Below, in pieces: positions 22,032 to 31,188 of a stretch of DNA of 64,000 nucleotides. The translations under genes were made by a program, and so were the position numbers. Each line of letters begins with the position of its first letter. Positions within the stretch are counted from its first letter, which is position 1. The stretch comes from Isosphaeraceae bacterium (GTDB taxonomy: Bacteria; Planctomycetota; Planctomycetia; Isosphaerales; Isosphaeraceae), in the NCBI GenBank assembly GCA_965201075.1, contig CBDAVP010000007.1:1-64000 (forward strand), written 5' to 3'. The notes under the pieces are model-generated. The model was not told the DNA's origin. It did not search any database and worked only from the letters and a program-made list of their open reading frames with translations.

Positions 22032-23243
22032 ATGACTCCGCGCCTCGCCCTCGCCGCCGGCCTGCTGCTCGGCCTCGGTCCGATCCTCACGTTCGCCCAG
22101 CCAGCACCCGCCCCGCCCGCCGACATCAAGCCGAGGTTGGGCCAGCTCGCCGACCAGATGGCCGAGGAGGTCCGTCAACTGGGGGGCGAGGTGTCCAGGT
22201 CGTTCGGCCAGGTCCCCAACCGGGGCGTGCTGGTGGACGACGCGAACGAATTGGCCGAGGCCGTCGGCGAGTATCGCAAGACTCTGGCCGGCCCGGCCAG
22301 TCTCGACCAGTTGCGCCAGGCGTATTCCGGACTTGACGTCTCGTGGAACCACCTGCGGGCCCGGCTCGTCCCGCTGGCCGGCCGCAGCGCCGTGGCCGAC
22401 GAGACGGTCGCCAGCATCCGGCGCCTTGACGACGAGGCCCATCAGGTCCTGGGCCTCAACACCACCTCGTCCGGGTTCTACTCGGGCAACCAACCGGCCC
22501 CCGGTACATTGGACCTCCGCCGGTTGGCCGATGCCCTGGTTTCGCGGTCTCGACAACTTGCCGCAACGATTCCCGTGGCTATGGCCAACGACCCCGAGGC
22601 TCCGCAACTGGCCCAGGCCGCGGTGAACCTCGCCGTCGAGGCCGACCGCTTCCACGACGCCCTTGGCGAGCGGCAGACCGCCGAGTCCTTGCGAGAGAGC
22701 TACTTGCCGACCCTCCCGCTGCTATCCAGACTGCGGCCCAAGCTTTCAGTCGCTCCGCTGTCGGCAAGGCGCGTGTGGCAGGGAGTCGCGGCGGTCGACG
22801 CCCAGATTCAGAAGGCGTTTGGCCCCAACACGCCCGCCGCGGCGCCCAATCCGAATCCCGCCGACCCTGAACTCGGCGGGGAGCCTCCCACCGTGCCCCG
22901 CTTCACCGACCGTCTCCGTCGCCAGGTCGCGACCTTCCTCGACGGCTTCACCCCGCTGGCCAACGACCAGAAGGCCAACCCCGCCATCCTCGCCGACGCC
23001 CGACGCCTGCGTGACGAGGTGGCCGACTTCCGCGTTAGCGTGGTCGCCGGGGAAGACACCGAACGGCTCGCCTACGAGTACCGAGACGTCGACGCCGCCT
23101 GGATTCGCCTCTGGAGGCGGATCGCTCGGGCCCCGGGGGGACGCAACGCCCCGTTCGTCCAGCAGACACGCGACATCGCCGCCACCTGCGCCCAGATCCA
23201 CCAGGCCCTCGGCATGCCGGGCTACCCTCCGGGTTATCCCTGA
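22032..23243 (+). CDS. Secreted helical-repeat hypothetical protein (paralog 1)
   Basis: Signal peptide; three amphipathic helical modules separated by Pro-rich linkers; similar to next gene. Confidence 0.8.
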   Translation: MTPRLALAAGLLLGLGPILTFAQPAPAPPADIKPRLGQLADQMAEEVRQLGGEVSRSFGQVPNRGVLVDDANELAEAVGEYRKTLAGPASLDQLRQAYSGLDVSWNHLRARLVPLAGRSAVADETVASIRRLDDEAHQVLGLNTTSSGFYSGNQPAPGTLDLRRLADALVSRSRQLAATIPVAMANDPEAPQLAQAAVNLAVEADRFHDALGERQTAESLRESYLPTLPLLSRLRPKLSVAPLSARRVWQGVAAVDAQIQKAFGPNTPAAAPNPNPADPELGGEPPTVPRFTDRLRRQVATFLDGFTPLANDQKANPAILADARRLRDEVADFRVSVVAGEDTERLAYEYRDVDAAWIRLWRRIARAPGGRNAPFVQQTRDIAATCAQIHQALGMPGYPPGYP

Positions 23244-23314
23244 CCGTAAAAGTTTCCGCCAAGACTGGCGGGGGACCCTTCCCACGCCAATCCCTTTTGC
23301 CATCGAGCCCCCCC

Positions 23315-24562
23315 ATGAGTCGACGAATCGCCGGGATCTTGGCCTCGGCCGTGGCCCTGTCCCTGATTTCCGCACGGACCGGGCATTCGCAGGCCTATGG
23401 CCCCTTGCCCACGCCGTTGCCCCCAACGGCTCCGGGACTTGGCGGCCAGTTGGGTCCTTTGGCCGAGGAGATGGCCGCGAGGGTCAATCAACTCACCGGC
23501 GCCACGGCCCGAGACTTCGCCGGGATGCCCGGTCAGGACCAGTTACTGGGCGACCTCCGCGAGCTGGCCAGGACGACCGGCGACTTCCGGGCCCTGGTAT
23601 CAATCCAGGGGGACCCTTATGGGCTCCAGCAGGCTTACAACGGCTTGACGGTCTCCTGGAACAATCTGCGGTCACGCCTCTCACCCCTGGCGGGCCGCAG
23701 TCCGTCGGCCGATGACGCCGTGGCCCGGCTCTCCCAGGTGGACGCCCAGATTCGCCAGTCGCTGGGGTTGAACGAGGTGTCTCCCGACTATGGAGGCAAC
23801 ACGCCCCCGCCCCCCGGGGCGAGCGACGTGGGCCGGCTCTCCGACGCCCTCGTGTGGAGGAGCCGGCAACTCTCGGCGGTGATCCCTGGGGCGATGCCCG
23901 GCCGCCGAGAAACCGGCGCGATGATGGACATGGCCCGTACCTTGGCCGTCCTGGCCGACCGCTTCCACGACGCCCAGGCGGCCAACCAGCCGCCGGGCGT
24001 CGTCGCCGGGCTCTACGGCCAGGTCGCCGCCCAGCTAGGCCAGATGTCCCGAGCGATGCAGGCGGGGCCTCCCCCGATTCCGCGAACCTGGCAGGGAATC
24101 CTCGCGGTCGACGCCCAGCTTCAACCGATCTTCGGCGCGACGACGCTGCCCATCGGGCCCATCCCAGGTCCGAATCCCCGGCCGCTCCCCGCCCCCGGTC
24201 CATCGCCGCAAGTCGTGGCATTGTCCAATCAGTTGCTCGCCCAGGCGGATTCCTTCGTCAACGCCTTCACTCCATTGATCCGCGCCGCGCCCGGTAATCC
24301 CGAAATCCTGGCCGACGCCCGCCGTCTGCGGAACGAGGCGGCCCGCTTCCAGCAGGCCGTGGCCCAGGGGTTTGACAACAATCGACTCGCTTTCGCCTAT
24401 CGAGACATCGACGCCACCTGGACCCGTCTTTGGAGGCGAGTTCAACGAATCACCCGGGGACGCAACGGTCCCTACATCGAGATGATCCGCCAGTTGGTCA
24501 CCACCTGCGGGCAGCTTCATCAAGCTCTCAGCATCCCCGGCTACTCCTCCGGGTTCCCGTGA
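23315..24562 (+). CDS. Secreted helical-repeat hypothetical protein (paralog 2)
   Basis: Shares SWN.LR.RL.PLAGRS, ADRFHDA, ILADARRLR.E, YRD.DA.W.RLWRR, IHQAL..PGY with previous gene. Confidence 0.8.
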   Translation: MSRRIAGILASAVALSLISARTGHSQAYGPLPTPLPPTAPGLGGQLGPLAEEMAARVNQLTGATARDFAGMPGQDQLLGDLRELARTTGDFRALVSIQGDPYGLQQAYNGLTVSWNNLRSRLSPLAGRSPSADDAVARLSQVDAQIRQSLGLNEVSPDYGGNTPPPPGASDVGRLSDALVWRSRQLSAVIPGAMPGRRETGAMMDMARTLAVLADRFHDAQAANQPPGVVAGLYGQVAAQLGQMSRAMQAGPPPIPRTWQGILAVDAQLQPIFGATTLPIGPIPGPNPRPLPAPGPSPQVVALSNQLLAQADSFVNAFTPLIRAAPGNPEILADARRLRNEAARFQQAVAQGFDNNRLAFAYRDIDATWTRLWRRVQRITRGRNGPYIEMIRQLVTTCGQLHQALSIPGYSSGFP

Positions 24563-24656
24563 TCGGTGGATCGGCCAGTCCTGATGGTCTTGCCATGATC
24601 TCCCGGGCCGTTACACTGCCGCCGCCGCGAAGGACCCGCGAGCGAGGAGCCCGACC

Positions 24657-25682
24657 GTGGACCGTCCTCCGAGCCGACCACGCCCCCGGGGCTTCCTCGG
24701 CATGGTGGCGCTGGTGCTCTTGATCGAGGGAATCGTCGGCGGTCGGGACGACCTGCTCGACCACGGCTCCCTGGAATGGCGATTCGGCGACCGCGCCGCC
24801 CGCCGCAAGACAGCCGGGGCCTCGGTCCTCTGCCTGGGCGGAAGTCAGTTACGGTTCGGCGTGGCGGCGACGGAACTGGAGTCGCGACTCCAGCGTCCCG
24901 TGCGCAACCTGGCCCTGACTGGTTCGCCCCCGCCGGTCAGCTACTTCCTCCTTCGGCACGCCCTGAACTCGGGAGCGAGGCCGGATACGCTGCTGGTCGA
25001 CTTCTCGCCGTTCCTGCTCGTCCGGGAGCCCCGCGCCGTGGCGGGACGCTTGCCCGAGGTGACAACGCTGAGAGACGTCCTGGACCTGGCCTGGACGACT
25101 CACGATTCCGGGCTGGGCGCCGAGTTGTTGATGGCCCACGTCTTCCCGTCCTCGGCATCTCGCCGCCGGCTGAGAACCTGCTGGGACGACCCGGGCCCTG
25201 GGAGACCGACCGCCTACGACGCGGCGGCACGTCGCGCCCGTTGGTCCCCCGGCGGGGACGCCCGGATCGGCGAGGTGGTCTATCCCGGACGCTGGATTTG
25301 CCCGGAATCGAGCCTCGATTACGTCCACCGGCTGCTGAGACTGGCCCAACGACGGGGGATCGCGGTCGTCTGGATCATGACACCCTCGGACCCCGCGATC
25401 CTGGCCGAGCGGGAGCGTCGCGGGTTGGAAGACGCCTACGACCGCTTCGCCGTTGCCCTCCAGGCCGATCACCCCGAGCTACGCATCCTGGATGGTCGCC
25501 GCCTGGCCTATCCCGAGAGTCTCTTCACCGATCCAGTCCACCTGAACCGCTTGGGTGCCACCGCCTTTACCGGAGAGATTGCCTCGGCCTTGACGGCCAG
25601 GCCAATCGAGCCCTGGGTCCGGTTGGGGGCCCGTCCCGCCACGGCCGTCGCGTCGGGCCCAGCCTTGCCAAGTCGTCGCTGA
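24657..25682 (+). CDS. Membrane-anchored SGNH-hydrolase-like protein (DUF1574/DltD-like)
   Basis: N-terminal TM; LCLGGSQ, NLALTG, FTDPVHLN (G.S ... D..H). Confidence 0.65.
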   Translation: MDRPPSRPRPRGFLGMVALVLLIEGIVGGRDDLLDHGSLEWRFGDRAARRKTAGASVLCLGGSQLRFGVAATELESRLQRPVRNLALTGSPPPVSYFLLRHALNSGARPDTLLVDFSPFLLVREPRAVAGRLPEVTTLRDVLDLAWTTHDSGLGAELLMAHVFPSSASRRRLRTCWDDPGPGRPTAYDAAARRARWSPGGDARIGEVVYPGRWICPESSLDYVHRLLRLAQRRGIAVVWIMTPSDPAILAERERRGLEDAYDRFAVALQADHPELRILDGRRLAYPESLFTDPVHLNRLGATAFTGEIASALTARPIEPWVRLGARPATAVASGPALPSRR

Positions 25683-25705
25683 TGCCGTTCGAGGGGTGGC
25701 ATCGT

Positions 25706-26413
25706 TCAGGCGACGGCCGCCAGCGAGGCGTCGAGGAGGACGGCCATCTCGCACGCCTGGAGCGACCTTGCCAGGGCATCGACCGGAGTGTGCGGACGGG
25801 CGGAACGACAGAACGCCAGGAAGGCTATCGGGTCCCAGACCCCACCCCGGACGATGCGGGCGCCCTCCGGCGATGGGGTTTCACCCCATCCGTCGAGTTT
25901 CGCCCCCGCCGCGACTCCGAGGGCCTCGAACGCGTCATGCTTGCCGACCCGGCGGAACCAGTAACTGGCGTTTCCAAAGTCAGGCTCTCGGCGATGGGCG
26001 ATTCCGTGCCAGAACGCCGCGCTCCGCGAATCGCCCAGGTCATCGGCCCGCTGCGCCGCGTCGTGGCTCGCGTCCCAAAAGTCGTAAATTTGCAGTAATC
26101 CCGCTGAAAGGGCGTAAAGGGCCGCCTCGTCCGCCTTGGGCCAGAGACTGGTCAGCGCGTCGATACCCAGCGCCGACCGCAGTTGGGGGCGCCACGGCTC
26201 TCCTCGTACGAGGCCTAGGTGGCTCCCCTCTCGCAAGGCTCCCAGGGCCAACGCTTCAATCAAACGTCTGGGCCCAAGGCCCGCCCGGTTCGCGACCCTG
26301 GCCGGAACCTCCCCCTCTTCCAGTTGGTCGAGGATCTCGACGAGGGCAAGAGCATCGGGTCCATCGGCCGACAACCGACCATCCCCGCCGCACACAGTTT
26401 TCAGGAAGTCCAT
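25706..26413 (-). CDS. Conserved hypothetical protein (HRREPD..NA.YWF family)
   Basis: WDASHDAAQ, FWHGIAHRREPDFGNASYWFRRVG. Confidence 0.7.
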   Translation of the reverse strand: MDFLKTVCGGDGRLSADGPDALALVEILDQLEEGEVPARVANRAGLGPRRLIEALALGALREGSHLGLVRGEPWRPQLRSALGIDALTSLWPKADEAALYALSAGLLQIYDFWDASHDAAQRADDLGDSRSAAFWHGIAHRREPDFGNASYWFRRVGKHDAFEALGVAAGAKLDGWGETPSPEGARIVRGGVWDPIAFLAFCRSARPHTPVDALARSLQACEMAVLLDASLAAVA

Positions 26414-26467
26414 CTTCGATCTCTCAAGAGGTCTCGTGATCCGGAAACGCTTCCCTGGCAGTCGGCC

Positions 26468-28573
26468 CTAGCGGGACGACGCGACAACCGGCACCGCGTC
26501 GAACGGCTGGGGTGTCGCCTCGACCGGGCTGTTGTCGTGAACCAGCGCCGCGCTCGACCCAGCAAAGAAGCTCGGGCTCCCGGAGACCTGCAGGTTGAAC
26601 ACCGGCTGAACACGATCCTCTTCGACCGACTCCACCCTCGCCACTCCCCCCAGAACCCTCACCGTGTCGCCGACCTGGAGGTCCCGGGCCATCGTCCAAC
26701 CGCGCCCCGGTTTCCAGAAGCGGTGGATGGGCGTCACGACAATCGAATCTCGGCTCAGCGATAGATGCAGCGTTTCGGCCGGCGGGTTGTGATAGACCAC
26801 CAGGATTGGCCGGAAATCGAGTTTCCCGGTGTCGGGGTCCTGGGTCAGCACCTGGTCGCCGGCGCGGAGGGTCTCGATCGGACGAGTCCCCTCGCGGGTT
26901 TGAACGGGAGTGCCAGCCCCGAAACACGAATGTTGAAGCGAAATGGAGTTGATCCCCCCGATTGTCATGGTGCTCGGGAGCGGTCGCGGCTGGTAGACGA
27001 TGGGCACCTCTTCCACATACGTCGGGACGGGTTTCGCGGCGTGGGGGTCCATCAGCGACATCCCTTGCTGTTTGGCCCACCAGATCGTCAAGGCCTTGGT
27101 ATCGTCCGCGAGGCGCTGACCTGTCGCCGCGTTCAGGACGTCGAGCACCTGCTCATTCTCCCGACGAATCGCGGCATTCTGGGCATTGATCGCGAAAACA
27201 TCCGCGGCAAGTTGCTTCTCGGCCACGATCGCGGATTTCTGGACTTCCAGGAGCATCTGCCCGATCGGGATGATTTCCCGTACCGGCCGACCAAATTCGA
27301 CATTGTCATACAAAGGATTTGTCGCCAGTGCTGACCGAATCCCATTAGCGAGATCTTTACCAATGAACACGCCTGCGGACTTAATCCCGATCTTCTCCAT
27401 GACCAGACGATCTGGGGAGCGGCCGGAGTCGATCGCGTCAGCCAGATCCGAAGCCTGTCTCCGGTTGATACCCCTGGAGACCTCGCCCATGGGAATGGAC
27501 AGGGCGGGCAGCCCCTGTGCATCGGCCGTGAGGAACGACCCGGCAGGCGGGACAAATTCAGGGGGCGGGGGGGGGGCGTAGATTCGCTGGAGGTTGTAGG
27601 CTTTGCCCTCGATATAAAGGGTGCCCGGTGAGCCCGGCCCCCCCACAGGCCTGACTTCGTATTCGATCGGCGTTTGGATCAGGCCCAGCAGGATCTCCCC
27701 ATAATCCCTCGGGTCTCGCAGTCGCAAGGTCTCTTTGGCCAGGCGACGCACGTCGTCGCCGGCCCCGATGACACCCAGCAGAGCCAGCACCCGCGAGGCC
27801 CTGGGGCTATCCACCTGGCCGAGGAGCTGTACCACGACCCGTTGATCGGCGACCCCCTTGCCGAAGACACGGACCAGCGACGGGACGGCGCGGGGGTCGG
27901 AGAGCGACAGGAGTTCGGCCCGAGCTTGCTCACGTTGCCCCGGGATGGCGAGGTAACGCCGCAATTTGGTGAGGGCTGCCTCCCAGTATCGATCGGCATG
28001 CTTCTGGGCTTCGGCCTCGGCCCTGGCCTCGGCCACTTGCTCCTCAGTCGCCCAGTGCCCATTCTTTTGCTTCCGATAGCCCAACTTCCGCCAGGCCGCC
28101 TGCCTTTGAGGATCCTTGCGGATGACTGCCGCCAAGTGGACATCGGCCTCCGCCTTCAGACCCTTCGTCTCGCACCAGGCAGCCAACCGCCACTGGGCAT
28201 CGGCGGTGTCGGGTGTCCGATCGCGTCGTGCGTTATACTCGGCCAGGGCCGCCGAGAGGCCCGCGTCGGCCTGGACCCGCCGAGTGACGTCTTCGGGCTT
28301 GCGCCATTTGCCCGCGTCGGCCACCCACCCCAGAAGTCCCCTCGCCACGGCATTGGTGGGGTCGGACAGCAGGGCGCGGGCCAGATGCTCGACCCGTTCC
28401 TCGGAAAGTCCATGAGCCTCGCACCACAGCGCAAGCCGGACCTGGGCCGTGGCCGAGCGGTCGGCGCTTGCCACCTGATGCTGGTAGTCCGCCTTGACCT
28501 CGTCAGCCCCGGCCTCGCCTCCGGCAGTTTGACCCAGGAGTGCTAATGAACAGCTGAGTGCCATTGCCAACAT
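26468..28573 (-). CDS. Secreted helical-repeat protein with C-terminal HINT (intein-like) domain
   Basis: Signal peptide; LALWCEAHGL/LAAWCETKGL repeats; HINT from CFGAGT (26926) through TPIHRFW to LVHDNS (26531). Confidence 0.88.
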   Translation of the reverse strand: MLAMALSCSLALLGQTAGGEAGADEVKADYQHQVASADRSATAQVRLALWCEAHGLSEERVEHLARALLSDPTNAVARGLLGWVADAGKWRKPEDVTRRVQADAGLSAALAEYNARRDRTPDTADAQWRLAAWCETKGLKAEADVHLAAVIRKDPQRQAAWRKLGYRKQKNGHWATEEQVAEARAEAEAQKHADRYWEAALTKLRRYLAIPGQREQARAELLSLSDPRAVPSLVRVFGKGVADQRVVVQLLGQVDSPRASRVLALLGVIGAGDDVRRLAKETLRLRDPRDYGEILLGLIQTPIEYEVRPVGGPGSPGTLYIEGKAYNLQRIYAPPPPPEFVPPAGSFLTADAQGLPALSIPMGEVSRGINRRQASDLADAIDSGRSPDRLVMEKIGIKSAGVFIGKDLANGIRSALATNPLYDNVEFGRPVREIIPIGQMLLEVQKSAIVAEKQLAADVFAINAQNAAIRRENEQVLDVLNAATGQRLADDTKALTIWWAKQQGMSLMDPHAAKPVPTYVEEVPIVYQPRPLPSTMTIGGINSISLQHSCFGAGTPVQTREGTRPIETLRAGDQVLTQDPDTGKLDFRPILVVYHNPPAETLHLSLSRDSIVVTPIHRFWKPGRGWTMARDLQVGDTVRVLGGVARVESVEEDRVQPVFNLQVSGSPSFFAGSSAALVHDNSPVEATPQPFDAVPVVASSR

Positions 28574-28821
28574 GACGAGGTCTCCGAGAGGAGGTGCCCA
28601 TCGGGGGCGGCCCAACCGCCCCAATGCAAGCGATGGACCGCGAAACCGCAATCCCTCTCCCGACCGTCCACTAGAGGAGGCAATTCGGCCCAAGTCAGAC
28701 TTCTGAGGCAGCTTGCGAATCCGCCCCGAAAGGTTCGGAGGCGATTCCGAGAAATCGCGGGATCGCTCTGTCACCAGAATTCTGTTGTCCGTGTGACCTT
28801 CTTGGTTTTGGAGAAGTCGGA

Positions 28822-29316
28822 ATGGATGAGAAACCGGTCCATCTCCCTCTGTTGCAGCGACGGGAGGTCGAAGCGCGGATCATCGGCCCGCTGATCGCCG
28901 CGGTCCGGGGAGAGTTGGGAGACGCGCGGACCCTGGAGTTGCTCCGGGGCGTCATCACCGACCTGGCCCGCGAGGCCGGCTCGGCGTTGGCGGACGAACT
29001 GGCATCAACGACCCTGGACGCCTTCGCCGGCGCGCTCGACCGTTGGAAGGAGGGCGGGGCGTTGGAAATCGAAATGCTGGAGCAGTCGCCCCGGCGGCTG
29101 GATTTCAACGTCCGTCGCTGCCGCTATGCCGAGATGTACCGAACCCTGGGCCTGGCGGAACTCGGCCCCTCGCTCTCCTGCCAGCGCGATTTCGCCTTGA
29201 TCGAAGGGTTCAATCCCTCGGTCCGCCTGACCCGCACCCAGACCCTGATGGAAGGCGCCGACTACTGCAATTTCCGGTTCGAGGCCCCGGCCGACGACCC
29301 GCCCGCGGAAGGGTGA
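28822..29316 (+). CDS. L-2-amino-thiazoline-4-carboxylic acid hydrolase family protein
   Basis: LLQRREVEA, RRCRYAEMY, LSCQRD, RTQTLMEGADYCNFRF. Confidence 0.85.
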   Translation: MDEKPVHLPLLQRREVEARIIGPLIAAVRGELGDARTLELLRGVITDLAREAGSALADELASTTLDAFAGALDRWKEGGALEIEMLEQSPRRLDFNVRRCRYAEMYRTLGLAELGPSLSCQRDFALIEGFNPSVRLTRTQTLMEGADYCNFRFEAPADDPPAEG

Positions 29317-29349
29317 CGGCCGGGACGTTCGGCGTCGATCGAGCGATTA

Positions 29350-30420
29350 TTATTCCTTGGTCGACGACGGATGAGAGGGGGCCAGGGCCGCGGTAATGGC
29401 CTTCTCCAGGCCCGGTCCGCCCTGTTCCACCTGGATAACTTTCCCTTCGCGGTCGATCAGGAAATTCGTCGGCAGGTCGGCCACTCCGTAGGCCTTGGCA
29501 AAATTATCGTCCGCCTTGCCGTTGATGAGGTTGGGCCAGGTCACTCGGTTGCGGAACAGGAAGTCTCGGACCCCGTCTGCCACCTGGTCGGGGTCGCCGG
29601 AGTCCTTGCGGAGCCGGTCGACGTTGACGCCGATGACTTCCAGTCCCTTTTCGCGAAACCGGTCGTAAAGGTCGCGGGTCGCGGCGGCCTGGGAAACACA
29701 GGGCGGGCACCAGGTCGCCCAGAACTCGACCAGGACAACCTTCCCCTTGAGGTCGGCCAGGGCGACCGTCTGCCCGTCAACGTCCTTGCCGGCGATCGCC
29801 GGGGCCGGGCGGTTGAGCATGCTGATGCGCCCCTTGCGAGACGCGAAGTGGCGGGCGATCGCCTCGTCGGCCTTGTCGTGGGCCAGCAGCTCGCAGGCCT
29901 TCGCGGCCTCGGCGTATCGGCCGGCCCTCAACAGCCGCTGGACCAGAGCCTCGCCCACGGCGAAAGCGGTGTTGGGGTCAAGCCGCTTCTCGGGCGTTTC
30001 TCCCTCAAGGAACTTGCCGAGAAGGTCCAGGGCCTGGGGATATTGCTCGCGGTTGACCCGGTGAACCGCGCCGATGAACGTGGCCAGGCCGCGAAGCTCG
30101 GCGTCGTTGCCTTGATAGGACGCGGCGGCGTCGGCGACAGGCTCATAGGCGTCTCGGGCGATCGCCATGTTGAACGCCTGGTGGAAGGCGAGGTCGGCCT
30201 CCCTCCCTTTGAGCGTCGGGGCGAGCGTGGCGAGGTCGCTGATCTGGCGACGCTCCAGGTCAGCGAACCGGTCTCGATAGGTTTTGTTCAGACCGTCGAG
30301 CGTTGAGGGGGCGTCGCCGGACTTCGGCTCGTCGGCCCCAGCGGAAATCGTCTGGGTCAAGGTCAGGGCAAGGACCAGAGCGCGAAAAGCCGGCGACGAG
30401 GCGATCCGTGGCGGTGTCAT
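29350..30420 (-). CDS. Exported TlpA-family thiol-disulfide oxidoreductase with helical N-terminal region
   Basis: LKGKVVLVEFWATWCPPC, YGVADLPTNFLIDREG; signal peptide. Confidence 0.9.
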   Translation of the reverse strand: MTPPRIASSPAFRALVLALTLTQTISAGADEPKSGDAPSTLDGLNKTYRDRFADLERRQISDLATLAPTLKGREADLAFHQAFNMAIARDAYEPVADAAASYQGNDAELRGLATFIGAVHRVNREQYPQALDLLGKFLEGETPEKRLDPNTAFAVGEALVQRLLRAGRYAEAAKACELLAHDKADEAIARHFASRKGRISMLNRPAPAIAGKDVDGQTVALADLKGKVVLVEFWATWCPPCVSQAAATRDLYDRFREKGLEVIGVNVDRLRKDSGDPDQVADGVRDFLFRNRVTWPNLINGKADDNFAKAYGVADLPTNFLIDREGKVIQVEQGGPGLEKAITAALAPSHPSSTKE

Positions 30421-30645
30421 GATGTCTCTCGGGTCGGGGTCGGCCGCGAGGGATTTGGGCCGGTTGGCCGAGAATGCCCGCAATCAGCGGACCGAAACCT
30501 CAATTCGGCGAGTGGGGTCGTCGCGCTTTTGCCGCGTTCGCGACCGGTCTTGACGGGTCCGACCGCATTTTCTAGCTTGTGCCGCGCCGCAACCCGGACC
30601 CCCACATCCGCCGTCTCGTCCGCAACCGCCCGGGAGGGAGGCCGC

Positions 30646-31188
30646 ATGGCCTGGACCTGCAAACGTCTGGTCATTTCCGCCTTCGTGCTGGCCCACATGT
30701 TGGCGGTGGCGATCTGGAACCTTCCCTGCGGCCAGTTCAAGGACCGTTGCGTCCCCTACCTCCAGTTCTACATGATGCCCACCGGGCTCTGGCAGTACTG
30801 GGGGATGTTCGGACCCGAACCGTCTCGACAAACGGCCTTGCTCGAAGGCCTGGTGCTTGACCGCCGCGGCCTCCTGCACGAATACGCCTTCCCCAACGTG
30901 GGCGCCATGAGCGTGCCGGCCGGGGCCTGGAAATATCGGGACGCCAAGCTCGCCGACATCATGGGCTGTGACGACTACACGGTCCACCGAGAGATGCTGG
31001 CCCGCCACGTCGTCCGGGAAATCGTCCGCGAGAGCGACCTGACCGCCGACGACTTCCCGGTCGAGGCCCAACTCCTCTACAAGACGCGCCCCTCGACCGC
31101 TCCCGGAGCGGAGCCCACCGAGGAGGCCCCTTCGACCTTGATCCTCAAAACCTACCGATTCCCGACCCTCGCGGAATTGCTGCCATGA
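30646..31188 (+). CDS. DUF5819/SdpA-like membrane protein
   Basis: N-terminal TM; GLWQYWGMFGPEP resembles Q.W.LFAP.P; ATGA overlap with HTTM gene. Confidence 0.6.
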   Translation: MAWTCKRLVISAFVLAHMLAVAIWNLPCGQFKDRCVPYLQFYMMPTGLWQYWGMFGPEPSRQTALLEGLVLDRRGLLHEYAFPNVGAMSVPAGAWKYRDAKLADIMGCDDYTVHREMLARHVVREIVRESDLTADDFPVEAQLLYKTRPSTAPGAEPTEEAPSTLILKTYRFPTLAELLP

